Virus record (IMG/VR): IMGVR_UViG_3300033446_000002
Span: 1-52,784 of that record
Length of the DNA: 52,784 nucleotides
Reading direction: 5' to 3' (one strand)
Source: a virus
Lineage: Duplodnaviria; Caudoviricetes
The position numbers and the translations under genes were made by a program. Below are positions 37,835 through 47,894 of the stretch, piece after piece (the stretch's first letter is position 1; each line of letters opens with the position of its first letter). The notes beneath the pieces were generated by a model. That model saw nothing but the letters and a program-made list of their open reading frames with translations. It had not been told where the DNA came from and searched no databases.

Positions 37835-40284
37835 TAAATTTCAATTTCGCCTTCTACATAAGAAATTTCACGACCTATTGATAAACTATATACATTTTTT
37901 GGTAAGAACATATTATCATAAGGTACTTTTTTTGTGTATTTGTTGGTAATTTCTAATTTAGAAACACTCAATTTATCTAATAATAAATTTAATGCGTATT
38001 CTGTAGATTGTATCTTAAATTTATTGTCTTTAATTTTTTTAAATTTAACCAAGTCATATAAATTTACCCCTATTTTTAATTCAATATCGAGAGTCGGGTT
38101 TATTGGGTGTGTGTCATTATAAATAATTGAATTATATAAAACATTTAAAAATTCATTAAAATAATTAGCGTCAAACTCAATCTCACCTGCATCATGCGTA
38201 AATGAAATAGTTTTGTGTGGGATATTGTTTGCTTTTAACTCTATATCACAATAATATAAATTTAATGCTGCTAATTGTGATGCTGTATTTTGTATTCGAG
38301 AATTAACATATAATCTCTTTAATTTTTCAACATCTCCCTTTAAATAAATAACGTCACCAAATGCAGATGATATAGTTGCATTCGTAACTGCATTATTTTG
38401 CATTTCTAATATGTATTTATGGACATTCTTAAACGATGAATAAAAAGAATTAAATAGTGACTCTGCTTTTTCAATATCTCCATTTAAAAAATCCCTCGCA
38501 AAATTTTCTGCTTTTTTTCCATATAGCAGTGAAAAAGAAGCTATTTTCGCTAGGCTTCTCTCTTCGTTATCAACTTCATCTATATTTTTATTGAAAATAT
38601 AAGCGGCAATAAATTTATGGATATCCAGTCCATTTTTAAATGCTGTCAATAAATCATTATCTTTCGATAGTGCTGCTAACACTCTTAATTCAATTTGACT
38701 GTAATCAAAATGACACACTAAAAAATTGTTTCTAGGTGTGTATATCCTTCTAATTTCAGTATTTGAGGGGACTATATGAAAACCAGAGTCCCATCGTCTA
38801 GTTTCAGTAGAATTAGCTGAAAAACGCGTATTTAATAAATAAATATTTTTTTCATTTCCATTGTATTTTTCATAGCGAATTTGAGGAAATTCATTTGTTG
38901 AATTTGTTGTGCTATAAACATTATTTCTACCAAGATTTCCACTAATAAAAGTTGTTATTACATGGTCTATTTTTTTGTAAGCCTTTACAAAAAACAATAA
39001 TTTAAATCTATCATCCCATGTTTCTATCATGTCAATATCAAAATTATCTGCATATTTTTTATATGCCATATAAAAAAAGTATAGATTATCTTGAGATATT
39101 GAATCATAAAACGATTGATATTTACTGACTGAAGCCAACACTTTTTTTGTTATATGCGTATTTTCTTCACTAAGAAATGCGATAATATCTTGCAATGGCT
39201 TTTTTAGTATAAAACAATATTTTGAATAAACACCTTCATAAATTAATTGTCTTTCAATCCAATAAATTTTAGCTATATTATCTATATCTTCACACCTAAA
39301 AACAGAGTAAAATAATGCGGCACCATCTTTAGTATTTAAATTCAATATCCTTTTTAATTGTGAATGTTCATCGTAAACATCTGTTTTCTTTATTTCAATA
39401 TTAATCTTTAATAGATTTATTATCTGTAGCAAATACTCATTTCTTTTTTTGCAATATACTTTTTCTATTTTTGATGCAATACCCTCATCCCATCCAATTG
39501 CATTTGATTCTAAAATACATGACAAATATGATTGTTTGATAAAATACTGATATGGTTCACTGTGTTTTTCATATAACAGTTTTTTTAATTTCAAAATAGA
39601 AATGGGTGTTATTTGTTGACAATTACCAATGCTTAGATAAAGCATTAGTAATGTAGATATTTTTTCTTTTGTATTTGATGGGTTATCTATTGATAATAAC
39701 ACTGAAATATCTTGTAGTGGTAATTTCTTCTTTGTTAATCTCCAATAAATAGACATTTCTTTTTTTATGTCATGTATCCATACTTTACCTGTACTTAACA
39801 GGTTTTCAATTGCAGTAAGCTCATTGTCATAAAAATCCCTATCAACAATTATCTTGAATTCTTGTTTATGAGTAGCAAACCACAAACATTCTATTTTGAA
39901 TTTATCATCCCATGAATAAAATTCATTAGTGATTGTCACCAATGCAACATCTGTCTCTCTCATTAATTGTGAAACAATATTTAATAAACCATCTAATTTT
40001 AGCTCAATACAACCCTCTATCGAGTCATTATCTCCATTAATAACAGATATATTATCACATAGAATATATTGACTATCGTTTGATAGTGTATTATATATCT
40101 GCTTATCCAAAACAAAAACCTTTTTAAAAGGTCTTGTTTCGCTAAGATCATCTGTAACACAATAATTAACAATCTTTTTATTGGCAGAAATTCTAATATC
40201 TTTAAATTCTTCTGAAAACTGAAATTCTGAGACATCGCTACATAAAAAACATATCTCAGAATTTACACCGTGTTGTATTAACAC
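37834..40284 (-). CDS. polA: DNA polymerase family A
   Basis: DYSQIELRVLA, AKIASFSLLYG, THDA motifs. Confidence 0.92.
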   Translation of the reverse strand: MLIQHGVNSEICFLCSDVSEFQFSEEFKDIRISANKKIVNYCVTDDLSETRPFKKVFVLDKQIYNTLSNDSQYILCDNISVINGDNDSIEGCIELKLDGLLNIVSQLMRETDVALVTITNEFYSWDDKFKIECLWFATHKQEFKIIVDRDFYDNELTAIENLLSTGKVWIHDIKKEMSIYWRLTKKKLPLQDISVLLSIDNPSNTKEKISTLLMLYLSIGNCQQITPISILKLKKLLYEKHSEPYQYFIKQSYLSCILESNAIGWDEGIASKIEKVYCKKRNEYLLQIINLLKINIEIKKTDVYDEHSQLKRILNLNTKDGAALFYSVFRCEDIDNIAKIYWIERQLIYEGVYSKYCFILKKPLQDIIAFLSEENTHITKKVLASVSKYQSFYDSISQDNLYFFYMAYKKYADNFDIDMIETWDDRFKLLFFVKAYKKIDHVITTFISGNLGRNNVYSTTNSTNEFPQIRYEKYNGNEKNIYLLNTRFSANSTETRRWDSGFHIVPSNTEIRRIYTPRNNFLVCHFDYSQIELRVLAALSKDNDLLTAFKNGLDIHKFIAAYIFNKNIDEVDNEERSLAKIASFSLLYGKKAENFARDFLNGDIEKAESLFNSFYSSFKNVHKYILEMQNNAVTNATISSAFGDVIYLKGDVEKLKRLYVNSRIQNTASQLAALNLYYCDIELKANNIPHKTISFTHDAGEIEFDANYFNEFLNVLYNSIIYNDTHPINPTLDIELKIGVNLYDLVKFKKIKDNKFKIQSTEYALNLLLDKLSVSKLEITNKYTKKVPYDNMFLPKNVYSLSIGREISYVEGEIEI

Positions 40285-41954
40285 TAATTATCTTCCTTCA
40301 ACGCTTCTTGAATATATTTCGGCAAAAGATGCGTAATTTTATTAATATTGCCATCAATAACATGCGTTATTGCAGTATCATCTTTATGTCGCACACTGCG
40401 ACCACATGCCTGCGAGAATGTTCTCGCAACTTGAATCAAATACCACACATAAGATAGCTCCATTTTCTTTTTAATCCAATTATCACCTAAATTTGCAAAT
40501 GGGATTTTAAATATTACTTGAAATCTTGACAAATCATCTGCTAAATCAACTCCCTCTGTCATTGATGGGGATAATAAAACACCGTTTTTTGTTGACTTTA
40601 ATTTACCAACATCAAAAACCTCACCTCTTTTTGGTAAAATAAAACGCTTTGCATGTCTTGATTTTGATTCTATTAGTTTTTGATTTGAATATGAAACCGT
40701 ATGAATAATTCCACGATCATCATCATGACAATCAAGTATTTCATCTAGTTTTTCGATATATAAATCAACTAATTTAGAAAAATTACCATTGTTTAAACCT
40801 TCTAAATTATGAAGCATAATGAGTCGATTTTCGATAGGAAATGGACTACTCAAACAATCAAAACCATATTCTTTGATACCTAAATTTGCAGCAAATTCCT
40901 TAACACCGCAAATTGTCGCACTCATCAATAATACATATTTACTGCGGTCAAATAATATTTTTGCAATATGTTTGGGTTCTAATGGTTTTAATATTGCTTT
41001 TACAATGTCTTCACTGCCATTGTTTTCAACATTATACATCTTAATATAAGATGACGGATTTGCTCTAAAAATCTGCAATAAAACCTCTAATCTTTTCATA
41101 TATTCAATATATGATTTACATTTAGATAAATGCTCTTCCTTTCCTGTAAAGGTTAGCGTTGTTTTACTACCACGTTTATGTTTTAAAATTTCAGATGTTA
41201 AACGCTTATACATTAAGCCGATGTTATCAATAAAATTATCAAGAAAAGACAAATCTTCAGTCTGCCCTGAAATATAACTTTTCATCTCTAAAAATCCCCT
41301 ACGAATTTTAGATGAGGATTCATTATCAACATGAATTCTTTTCATATATTTAAACAAACCATTTACTTGCTCAGACTCCAATTCAATTGAATAATGTGTG
41401 CAAATTAAGCTCTCCATATTATGAGCTTCATCTGCTATCAATAAATTACTATTTATTTCTGCATTCATTAAATAGTAAGCATAATTTGTAATACCTGTTG
41501 GTGCGGTAATAAATGCGTTAAAAGCATTAAAATAAGCACAACTTCCTATTGATGGACATGATCTTCCGCCACAATCAATATCGTTATAATGAGTAGATGC
41601 AGCACCCTTAAATAAGGATATTGCACAATCGTAATGCTTTGAACTTTCAATATTTTTTATATCATTGAAATCAGAAGAATATTGTCGTTGTAAATAGCGA
41701 TTACAGGTAATGATTACACTATTTGCAACTGTGAAATAATTTATAACATTTGCGACTGTTTTTGCAATCACAGACTTTCCAATACCTGTTGGTGCTTCAA
41801 GTATATAGAATTTATTGCCGTCTATTAAGAAAGAAGATAGAATCTTCATGATAATTTGAAATTGACCGTCATTAAATTTTTTATGTGATGGAAACTTCAA
41901 TTTCACCTGTTCTTCAATTTCTTCTAAAGTGATAGGTTGGGCTAATTCAGTCAT
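40284..41954 (-). CDS. DinG/Rad3-like SF2 helicase
   Basis: EAPTGIGKS, DEAH, EGVD, QACGRSVR. Confidence 0.92.
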   Translation of the reverse strand: MTELAQPITLEEIEEQVKLKFPSHKKFNDGQFQIIMKILSSFLIDGNKFYILEAPTGIGKSVIAKTVANVINYFTVANSVIITCNRYLQRQYSSDFNDIKNIESSKHYDCAISLFKGAASTHYNDIDCGGRSCPSIGSCAYFNAFNAFITAPTGITNYAYYLMNAEINSNLLIADEAHNMESLICTHYSIELESEQVNGLFKYMKRIHVDNESSSKIRRGFLEMKSYISGQTEDLSFLDNFIDNIGLMYKRLTSEILKHKRGSKTTLTFTGKEEHLSKCKSYIEYMKRLEVLLQIFRANPSSYIKMYNVENNGSEDIVKAILKPLEPKHIAKILFDRSKYVLLMSATICGVKEFAANLGIKEYGFDCLSSPFPIENRLIMLHNLEGLNNGNFSKLVDLYIEKLDEILDCHDDDRGIIHTVSYSNQKLIESKSRHAKRFILPKRGEVFDVGKLKSTKNGVLLSPSMTEGVDLADDLSRFQVIFKIPFANLGDNWIKKKMELSYVWYLIQVARTFSQACGRSVRHKDDTAITHVIDGNINKITHLLPKYIQEALKEDN

Positions 41955-41971
41955 TGGTAATTACCTTTTAA

Positions 41972-42694
41972 TTAAATTGGGTTGTCAATAGAGTTGCATA
42001 TTGAACTATATGGGCAGTACATACAACTCTCATTTGCTCTGCCGACAATTATATCAGAAGGTGAAGTTGATTGCAAGATTTTATCGCATTTATTTATCAT
42101 AAACTTAACAAGAGTGGGTTCATATTCAACTGTTCTCACCTTAATATCAGATGTATTTTTATTGTAGGCTATAATAAATGATGGCTTATAATTATCCTCA
42201 TAATACATATACATGTTAAGTTGACACCAATAAGGAAAAAACAATGATTTGATATTCCCATCACAAAACATTTCAAACTTATTTTGGTTCATTGTTTTAA
42301 TATCAAATAAACGCCATTCACCATTAATCTTAACCAAACCATCACAATGTCCTCTAAATCTATTTGCAAAATCAGTATATGTATTTTGCTGTCCCGATAT
42401 TCTTAACCCTCCACTATCCATTAAATGAATAATTTCTTGCTCTAAGATATGCCCCATCCTAAATATTCGATGTAATTTATCAGAAGTATCTTTTTGTATG
42501 ACTTCAATTCCATTAAATTCTTTTATTTTGTTGAATTTAAACCACAGCAATCTAGGACATTGACCAATTTCAGACATCCCCAAATAATGCTCTCGCTCAT
42601 AAGAAAGTATCTTTATTTCTACAGGCTTATTTAACCTGCTACCTTCATCAATTGCTTTTTCAATAATATGCGTATCTCGATTTATTACTAACAT
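41972..42694 (-). CDS. Cas4-like PD-(D/E)XK exonuclease
   Basis: QCPR, GHCDG, DIKT, QLNMY, CMYCPYSSIC. Confidence 0.85.
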   Translation of the reverse strand: MLVINRDTHIIEKAIDEGSRLNKPVEIKILSYEREHYLGMSEIGQCPRLLWFKFNKIKEFNGIEVIQKDTSDKLHRIFRMGHILEQEIIHLMDSGGLRISGQQNTYTDFANRFRGHCDGLVKINGEWRLFDIKTMNQNKFEMFCDGNIKSLFFPYWCQLNMYMYYEDNYKPSFIIAYNKNTSDIKVRTVEYEPTLVKFMINKCDKILQSTSPSDIIVGRANESCMYCPYSSICNSIDNPI

Positions 42695-43679
42695 TTAGTA
42701 GCCATTTATTAGTGTTTTCTTTGTATTTATCATACAAATCTTGATTTAGTTTACTTTTATATCTTAAAAACTCTTCTGGGTCTGGTTGAATATCATCAAT
42801 TTTTTGAAAAATGATACTGTTATGCCGAGAAACAAAAGGAAATAAATTTATTATATTTTTTATATTCTCTTTGTTCAAATATTCATTATCAAATGCACAA
42901 TATATTTCATCAAATTCAAAATTCCTCAATATATCCATTTGATAATCTGTGATTATCGAACCCAAAACAGCGAATGGATTTGGATAACCCATTATCCTTA
43001 ATGCAATCGCATCAAATACACCTTCACACAGTGTTATCGCATTTAATGATTGTACACTGTTCACATCGAAAAGTAAATGATCGGGCGAATACGGTATTTT
43101 ATCACCAATACTTGTATAATGTTTTGGCTTTAATGAATCAGTAAAACGCAATTGAAATTGAAACACCTCGCCATTAAATAAAAAAGGAATAAAAATTGCA
43201 TCTCTATAGTATTTTGCACTTTTTAATCCCAAATAATCTACCATTTTTAATATAAAAGGATTTCTATTTTCCAAATAGATTTTATGATTATCACTTAAAG
43301 ATGTGATAATTATTTCTTTAGTTGACAATTCTTTTTTTGCAAACGATTGATGCGTTGTTTTTTGTGCAGTTTTTAATGTTTTTACATTGGTATTGGTGAT
43401 TATTGATAGTGTTTTCTGATTATCCGACAGATAGTCAGATGCTTCTTCTAATTCTTCTAATACACTTTTTCCTTGAGGGAAAAACGCAGTATGACAACGA
43501 TAGCACCATCCTTTTCCTAGAGAGTGATTAAACGATAGTGTACCTTCATCGTCTAATTTATTTATTTTTGTAATACAACTTGGGCAGTAATATCTAGTAA
43601 TATTATTTTCGTTGTTTGATTTTGATATTTTTAATAAATTTAAATCTATATATTTTACTGTCTTTTTTATCTCTTTCAT
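42660..43679 (-). CDS. DnaG-like primase (Zn finger plus Toprim)
   Basis: CPSC...CYRC, LCEGVFDA, CAFD. Confidence 0.85.
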   Translation of the reverse strand: MKEIKKTVKYIDLNLLKISKSNNENNITRYYCPSCITKINKLDDEGTLSFNHSLGKGWCYRCHTAFFPQGKSVLEELEEASDYLSDNQKTLSIITNTNVKTLKTAQKTTHQSFAKKELSTKEIIITSLSDNHKIYLENRNPFILKMVDYLGLKSAKYYRDAIFIPFLFNGEVFQFQLRFTDSLKPKHYTSIGDKIPYSPDHLLFDVNSVQSLNAITLCEGVFDAIALRIMGYPNPFAVLGSIITDYQMDILRNFEFDEIYCAFDNEYLNKENIKNIINLFPFVSRHNSIIFQKIDDIQPDPEEFLRYKSKLNQDLYDKYKENTNKWLLNVSNKSRYAYY

Positions 43680-43859
43680 AATTCAATTATTATATCACAT
43701 GTCTTATTCATAGTCAATAACCAAATCAAAAAGAATATATGAAGCGTTAAAAACACCCATACAATCAACTTAAACGTCAAAATGGTGTAAATATGCCACC
43801 TTAACTGAATAATTGATTCTAACTGTGTTTTTGTCGCAATAACAGATGGTATATACCAA

Positions 43860-43900
43860 AACACACTATTATTTATATACAATTAAAATAATAGTGTGTT
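43860..43900. terminator. AT-rich hairpin
   Basis: AACACACTATTATTT...AAATAATAGTGTGTT. Confidence 0.5.
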
Positions 43901-43905
43901 TGATA

Positions 43906-45081
43906 TTACAATGAATTTAAAATATGAATAAAATGATTTAGTTCTGAATATACCATCGTTTTAGATAGTGATTCATTTGTTTTATTATTTTCACCTTCTA
44001 TCACTGTTTTAACCAGTTTATAAAATATTTCTATCCAATATTGTTTTTTATCTATCAAGCCTTGTAATATTTCCAATGCAAACTCTCTATATTTTGTATC
44101 TTCATTAGGATATTTATCAAGCAATCTTTGTATTAACAAAGACTTACTATTTACATTTGTTTCTATAACTATAGGTAGAATTTTCAATAAACTACAAACG
44201 CACGAGACAGAATCCTTTTTACGAAAAAAAGACGGGTCAGCAGCATACCAATCGTTTTTTGTGGTCGATCTACACCCGCAACCACAATGCTCTTCTAATT
44301 TTTGTGGTTGTTTGTGTCCAAATAAAGCTCTTTTTATAAATTCTATTTCTTTTGGTAAATTAACATTTAAATTCATTATACCACAAACATGCTCCAAATT
44401 ATACTGTTGATTTGTTTTTTTTGCTTGGTTATATACCATTCTAATAAATTCTTTGTTTCTATTGGCTTCTTTTATATTATTAACATCATATTCCCAAGCG
44501 TGCAATATATATGACAATATAAGCTGTAATGATGGAAGTAATTCAGCTTGTTTTTCTGGATTAACTTCTCGTTTGACTTTTTCCATGTCTATGATATTTA
44601 ATTTTTTAAATAGTGCATTAACAACAAAAGCAAAATCATCATTTTTTTGTTTATTACAACCGTGTTGTTTGTGTGTTTTTATTTGAAAAAATCTCGGATA
44701 ATCTTGAGAATTAATTCCTTGAATTTGCTTGTCAATATTTTTTAGTAAATCTGAGTCTTGGTTTTTTTGTTGTGGTTGCGTATGATTTGCCAAAATATTG
44801 TCGTTGTTTTTTTGTGTCACCAATTCAATCAATTTATCTGTATTTATTTTCATACCCAACTTATATTCCCACTCTAACGTTACATCATATTTATTTTGAA
44901 ATCTATAAACATCAAATGTAGCATCAACTTCATTTGAGAGTTTATTGTAACTACCAAACAATGGTATTTCTAATCCCGTTGAATAATCAACATATACAAC
45001 GTAGTATTTAGTATCATCTATTGCTTTAATTGATTTTTTCAAAAGCAAATTTATTAATCTGGCATTATTTTTTATATTCAT
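43906..45081 (-). CDS. hypothetical protein
   Basis: 391 aa, HCGCGC motif. Confidence 0.65.
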   Translation of the reverse strand: MNIKNNARLINLLLKKSIKAIDDTKYYVVYVDYSTGLEIPLFGSYNKLSNEVDATFDVYRFQNKYDVTLEWEYKLGMKINTDKLIELVTQKNNDNILANHTQPQQKNQDSDLLKNIDKQIQGINSQDYPRFFQIKTHKQHGCNKQKNDDFAFVVNALFKKLNIIDMEKVKREVNPEKQAELLPSLQLILSYILHAWEYDVNNIKEANRNKEFIRMVYNQAKKTNQQYNLEHVCGIMNLNVNLPKEIEFIKRALFGHKQPQKLEEHCGCGCRSTTKNDWYAADPSFFRKKDSVSCVCSLLKILPIVIETNVNSKSLLIQRLLDKYPNEDTKYREFALEILQGLIDKKQYWIEIFYKLVKTVIEGENNKTNESLSKTMVYSELNHFIHILNSL

Positions 45082-45345
45082 TTGTTTTACCGTTTTTCTT
45101 GTTATTGGTTGCTGTTTTTTTATTATCTCCTTTACTATATTTTTAAATAAAAAAACTAAGATTAGGAAAATATTTCGAGATAATGCCTTATTTTATATGA
45201 ATTTATTATTTTTGTCAAATTTATATAAAAATCTTCAGTATAATGCAACTGAAAATTGTTGACACAATTAGTTATCAAAAAATTATATCAAAATTCATAA
45301 TAACTGCTGACTCATTTGCAATGTTGTTAGGTGTGAATTATAACA

Positions 45346-45374
45346 TTGACATGACACACACAACATGTTAAAAT
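45346..45374 (+). promoter_or_regulatory. sigma70-like promoter
   Basis: TTGACA-17-TAAAAT, same flanks as promoter at 36953. Confidence 0.75.
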
Positions 45375-45399
45375 GTTTCATACAATATGACACAAACAA

Positions 45400-45909
45400 A
45401 TGCGGGACAATAAACAATATTATGCGAAACAAGGTAAAATAATGAACAAAACTAATCATGTAAAAACTTGGATTTTTGGTGAAACAGGTACGGCTATTTT
45501 CCTACAAAATAACGTATATTATAAAGTATCGCGTCGCAAACATACACCTGAGACTTGTAGCGTAAGTGAAATCAATTTACAATTAGATATATGTAGTGAA
45601 CCCATTTATTTAACATACATTCCTCAATTACATGAATTATTAGAACAACTGCGTCAGTTATACGCAAAATACAACACACTTCAGTTTTTTATCAATGGCA
45701 TGGACAAAACGTTAGGTGAAAAATTACAACGTGAGTGTATTGGGCATGTAGATAAATTATTTGCTAAAGATGATGATGTATATCAATTCGTGCGTTATCG
45801 TGTACTCTACAACAAAACACCAAAAGAAGCTGATTTAGAAAATGCAATTATATATTCTAATACCAGCAAAACTAGGGAATTGTATACGCGAATTATGAAT
45901 AACTCATAA
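45400..45909 (+). CDS. hypothetical early protein, paralog 1
   Basis: KY..L.FF..G...DVY.F...RVL shared with next ORF. Confidence 0.7.
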   Translation: MRDNKQYYAKQGKIMNKTNHVKTWIFGETGTAIFLQNNVYYKVSRRKHTPETCSVSEINLQLDICSEPIYLTYIPQLHELLEQLRQLYAKYNTLQFFINGMDKTLGEKLQRECIGHVDKLFAKDDDVYQFVRYRVLYNKTPKEADLENAIIYSNTSKTRELYTRIMNNS

Positions 45910-45918
45910 AGTAAAATT

Positions 45919-46290
45919 TTGTTACTTGTGGAAGTAGGTCAAGCCTTTTATTGCGATAATAACCAATGGTTTAAGATTTCAGCGAGGAAGGATATATTGT
46001 ATGATGCTTGTTATGAAGCACCGTTTGTTTATAATTATTTAATACCACCAAAAAAACTATCAAAAATGTTATTTGATTTACACGAGAAATATACAGCATT
46101 AGAATTTTTTTTGGATGGGTTAAACACTGAGTATGATGACCAATTTCGCATTAATTGTATCCGTGAAGTTGAGGAAACATGCAGGGAGAATCCTGATGTT
46201 TATAGTTTTTTAGAATTGAGGGTTTTGAATAAACCGAAATTACCTGATTTTTGTGATAAAGATTTTGCTATTACATCACACACAAATTAA
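45919..46290 (+). CDS. hypothetical early protein, paralog 2
   Basis: same frame as paralog 1; TTG start. Confidence 0.6.
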   Translation: MLLVEVGQAFYCDNNQWFKISARKDILYDACYEAPFVYNYLIPPKKLSKMLFDLHEKYTALEFFLDGLNTEYDDQFRINCIREVEETCRENPDVYSFLELRVLNKPKLPDFCDKDFAITSHTN

Positions 46291-46293
46291 CTA

Positions 46294-46334
46294 GAAAAGG
46301 ATCGCAATACACATAAAATATTGCGACCTTTTTC
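46294..46334. terminator. bidirectional terminator
   Basis: AAAAGG(A)TCGCAATA...TATTGCGACCTTTT plus T run. Confidence 0.7.
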
Positions 46335-46343
46335 GTTTTTTTT

Positions 46344-46709
46344 CTAAAGCAAAATTTTCTTTATTGAATCATAGTTTTTTAGAAAATATTCTATATTATC
46401 TATTTTATATAGAATCTTATCTGATAAATTTATTATTCTACTAATATCAACAACTTCGGACTTTAAAAATCTATAGATTTGTTCTTTCAGTTCATCAATT
46501 TCTTTAATTACAACATCTAATAGATTCCCACCATTAAATCTTAATATTTCATCATTTTCTTGTGTAAAAACCGCAAAGCTGTTCTCTAATAAATCTATAT
46601 CTGCAAATGCAATTATTGCTTCGTCTTGATTCTCATAACCATTTTTGTATTGGAAAAAATAGTTATTTATCTTTCTCAGAATCGTTTTAATATTTTCTTT
46701 GTTTTTCAT
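46344..46709 (-). CDS. hypothetical protein
   Basis: 121 aa ORF. Confidence 0.55.
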   Translation of the reverse strand: MKNKENIKTILRKINNYFFQYKNGYENQDEAIIAFADIDLLENSFAVFTQENDEILRFNGGNLLDVVIKEIDELKEQIYRFLKSEVVDISRIINLSDKILYKIDNIEYFLKNYDSIKKILL

Positions 46710-46715
46710 ATTGTT

Positions 46716-47156
46716 TTATCGGTAAATTATTGATATATTTTCTCTTAAAGAAAATTTTGCATTCTTGCTTGCTAAAAATAATTTCATTTTACTATATAAA
46801 TCTTCTAACTCTGATATTAAAGAATTGTAATTTTTTGTAATGTAATCAATGTATTTAAAAATATAACCAGACACCAATTCAACATTAATAATATTCGAGT
46901 CAATAATCAAACTATCATAATTATTAAAAAGAGACTCATTATATTCTTTTTTTAATTGTAAATTATACAATTCCAACAAATTGTAATTAACAATCTTGCA
47001 TTTTTCAGCAAAATTTAAACTATGAATTTCATGTATATTTATATATGATATAACTGAACTGACAATATACAAAAAATCAGTATATTCTATATTACTTCTA
47101 TAACACATTAAATCCTCATAACTTTTTCTATATAAATTCATACAATTATTCTTCAA
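46716..47156 (-). CDS. hypothetical protein
   Basis: 146 aa ORF. Confidence 0.55.
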   Translation of the reverse strand: MKNNCMNLYRKSYEDLMCYRSNIEYTDFLYIVSSVISYINIHEIHSLNFAEKCKIVNYNLLELYNLQLKKEYNESLFNNYDSLIIDSNIINVELVSGYIFKYIDYITKNYNSLISELEDLYSKMKLFLASKNAKFSLRENISIIYR

Positions 47157-47328
47157 TTAATTTTAATTGTTTTAATTTTTCGATTGCCATATTAAGCATT
47201 TTACAATACAAATCCGACGGAACTTCTATACATGATTTATAATCAGATGTGCCTGTTATAGATGACAATTTATTATCTTCTTCTTTAAATAGCAAAAAAA
47301 AACAACCACTTGAAATTGGTATAAACAT
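47146..47328 (-). CDS. hypothetical protein
   Basis: 60 aa, AAGGG RBS. Confidence 0.45.
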   Translation of the reverse strand: MFIPISSGCFFLLFKEEDNKLSSITGTSDYKSCIEVPSDLYCKMLNMAIEKLKQLKLIEE

Positions 47329-47339
47329 TGCGTTCCCTT

Positions 47340-47894
47340 TTAAATAGTTTGAATAATTATATTAAACCCGCTTGATATATACTTGTTTAATAAGTGCGCT
47401 ATATCATCTTTAATTTTATCATTGAAAACTTCAACTATAATTTTAGTTTTTTCTTTGTTAAAGATTTTAACATTAAAATCTCGTTTAAAACAAGACCTTA
47501 ATTCTTTAGTTATAATATTTTTTATTATTTTTGCAGATGTATTGCCGCTGTTCAAAATGGTATATCTTAATTCTAAATATAAAAATGTACTCCTTACGCC
47601 TTCTTTGTAATTAAAAGATGTTATCTTAACTGGTTTTTGCAAACAACTCGATAATATTAACTCATACCATATTACAGAATATGGAGTGCAACCTGATTTT
47701 TCAGCATATTTTAAACCACTGTCAAAATTACATATAACTCCTATATCATCAGCCTCTATTCTTAATATAGCATCATTTTCTTCTTGTTTTTCAATATCAA
47801 CATTGTTTCTGATAACGACCGATTTTAATGGGATATTTCTATTAATATTTTTTTGTAAATACATGTATGTTGCAACAATAATTGAATTACACAT
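47340..47894 (-). CDS. hypothetical protein
   Basis: 184 aa overlapping ATP-grasp stop. Confidence 0.55.
   Translation of the reverse strand: MCNSIIVATYMYLQKNINRNIPLKSVVIRNNVDIEKQEENDAILRIEADDIGVICNFDSGLKYAEKSGCTPYSVIWYELILSSCLQKPVKITSFNYKEGVRSTFLYLELRYTILNSGNTSAKIIKNIITKELRSCFKRDFNVKIFNKEKTKIIVEVFNDKIKDDIAHLLNKYISSGFNIIIQTI

Noticed and set aside
41972-42694. Cas4-like gene as evidence of a CRISPR system
   Set aside because: Stand-alone within the replication operon; no array or other cas genes seen
43676-43882. 68-aa ORF
   Set aside because: Starts within a hairpin with no clear RBS; unsupported
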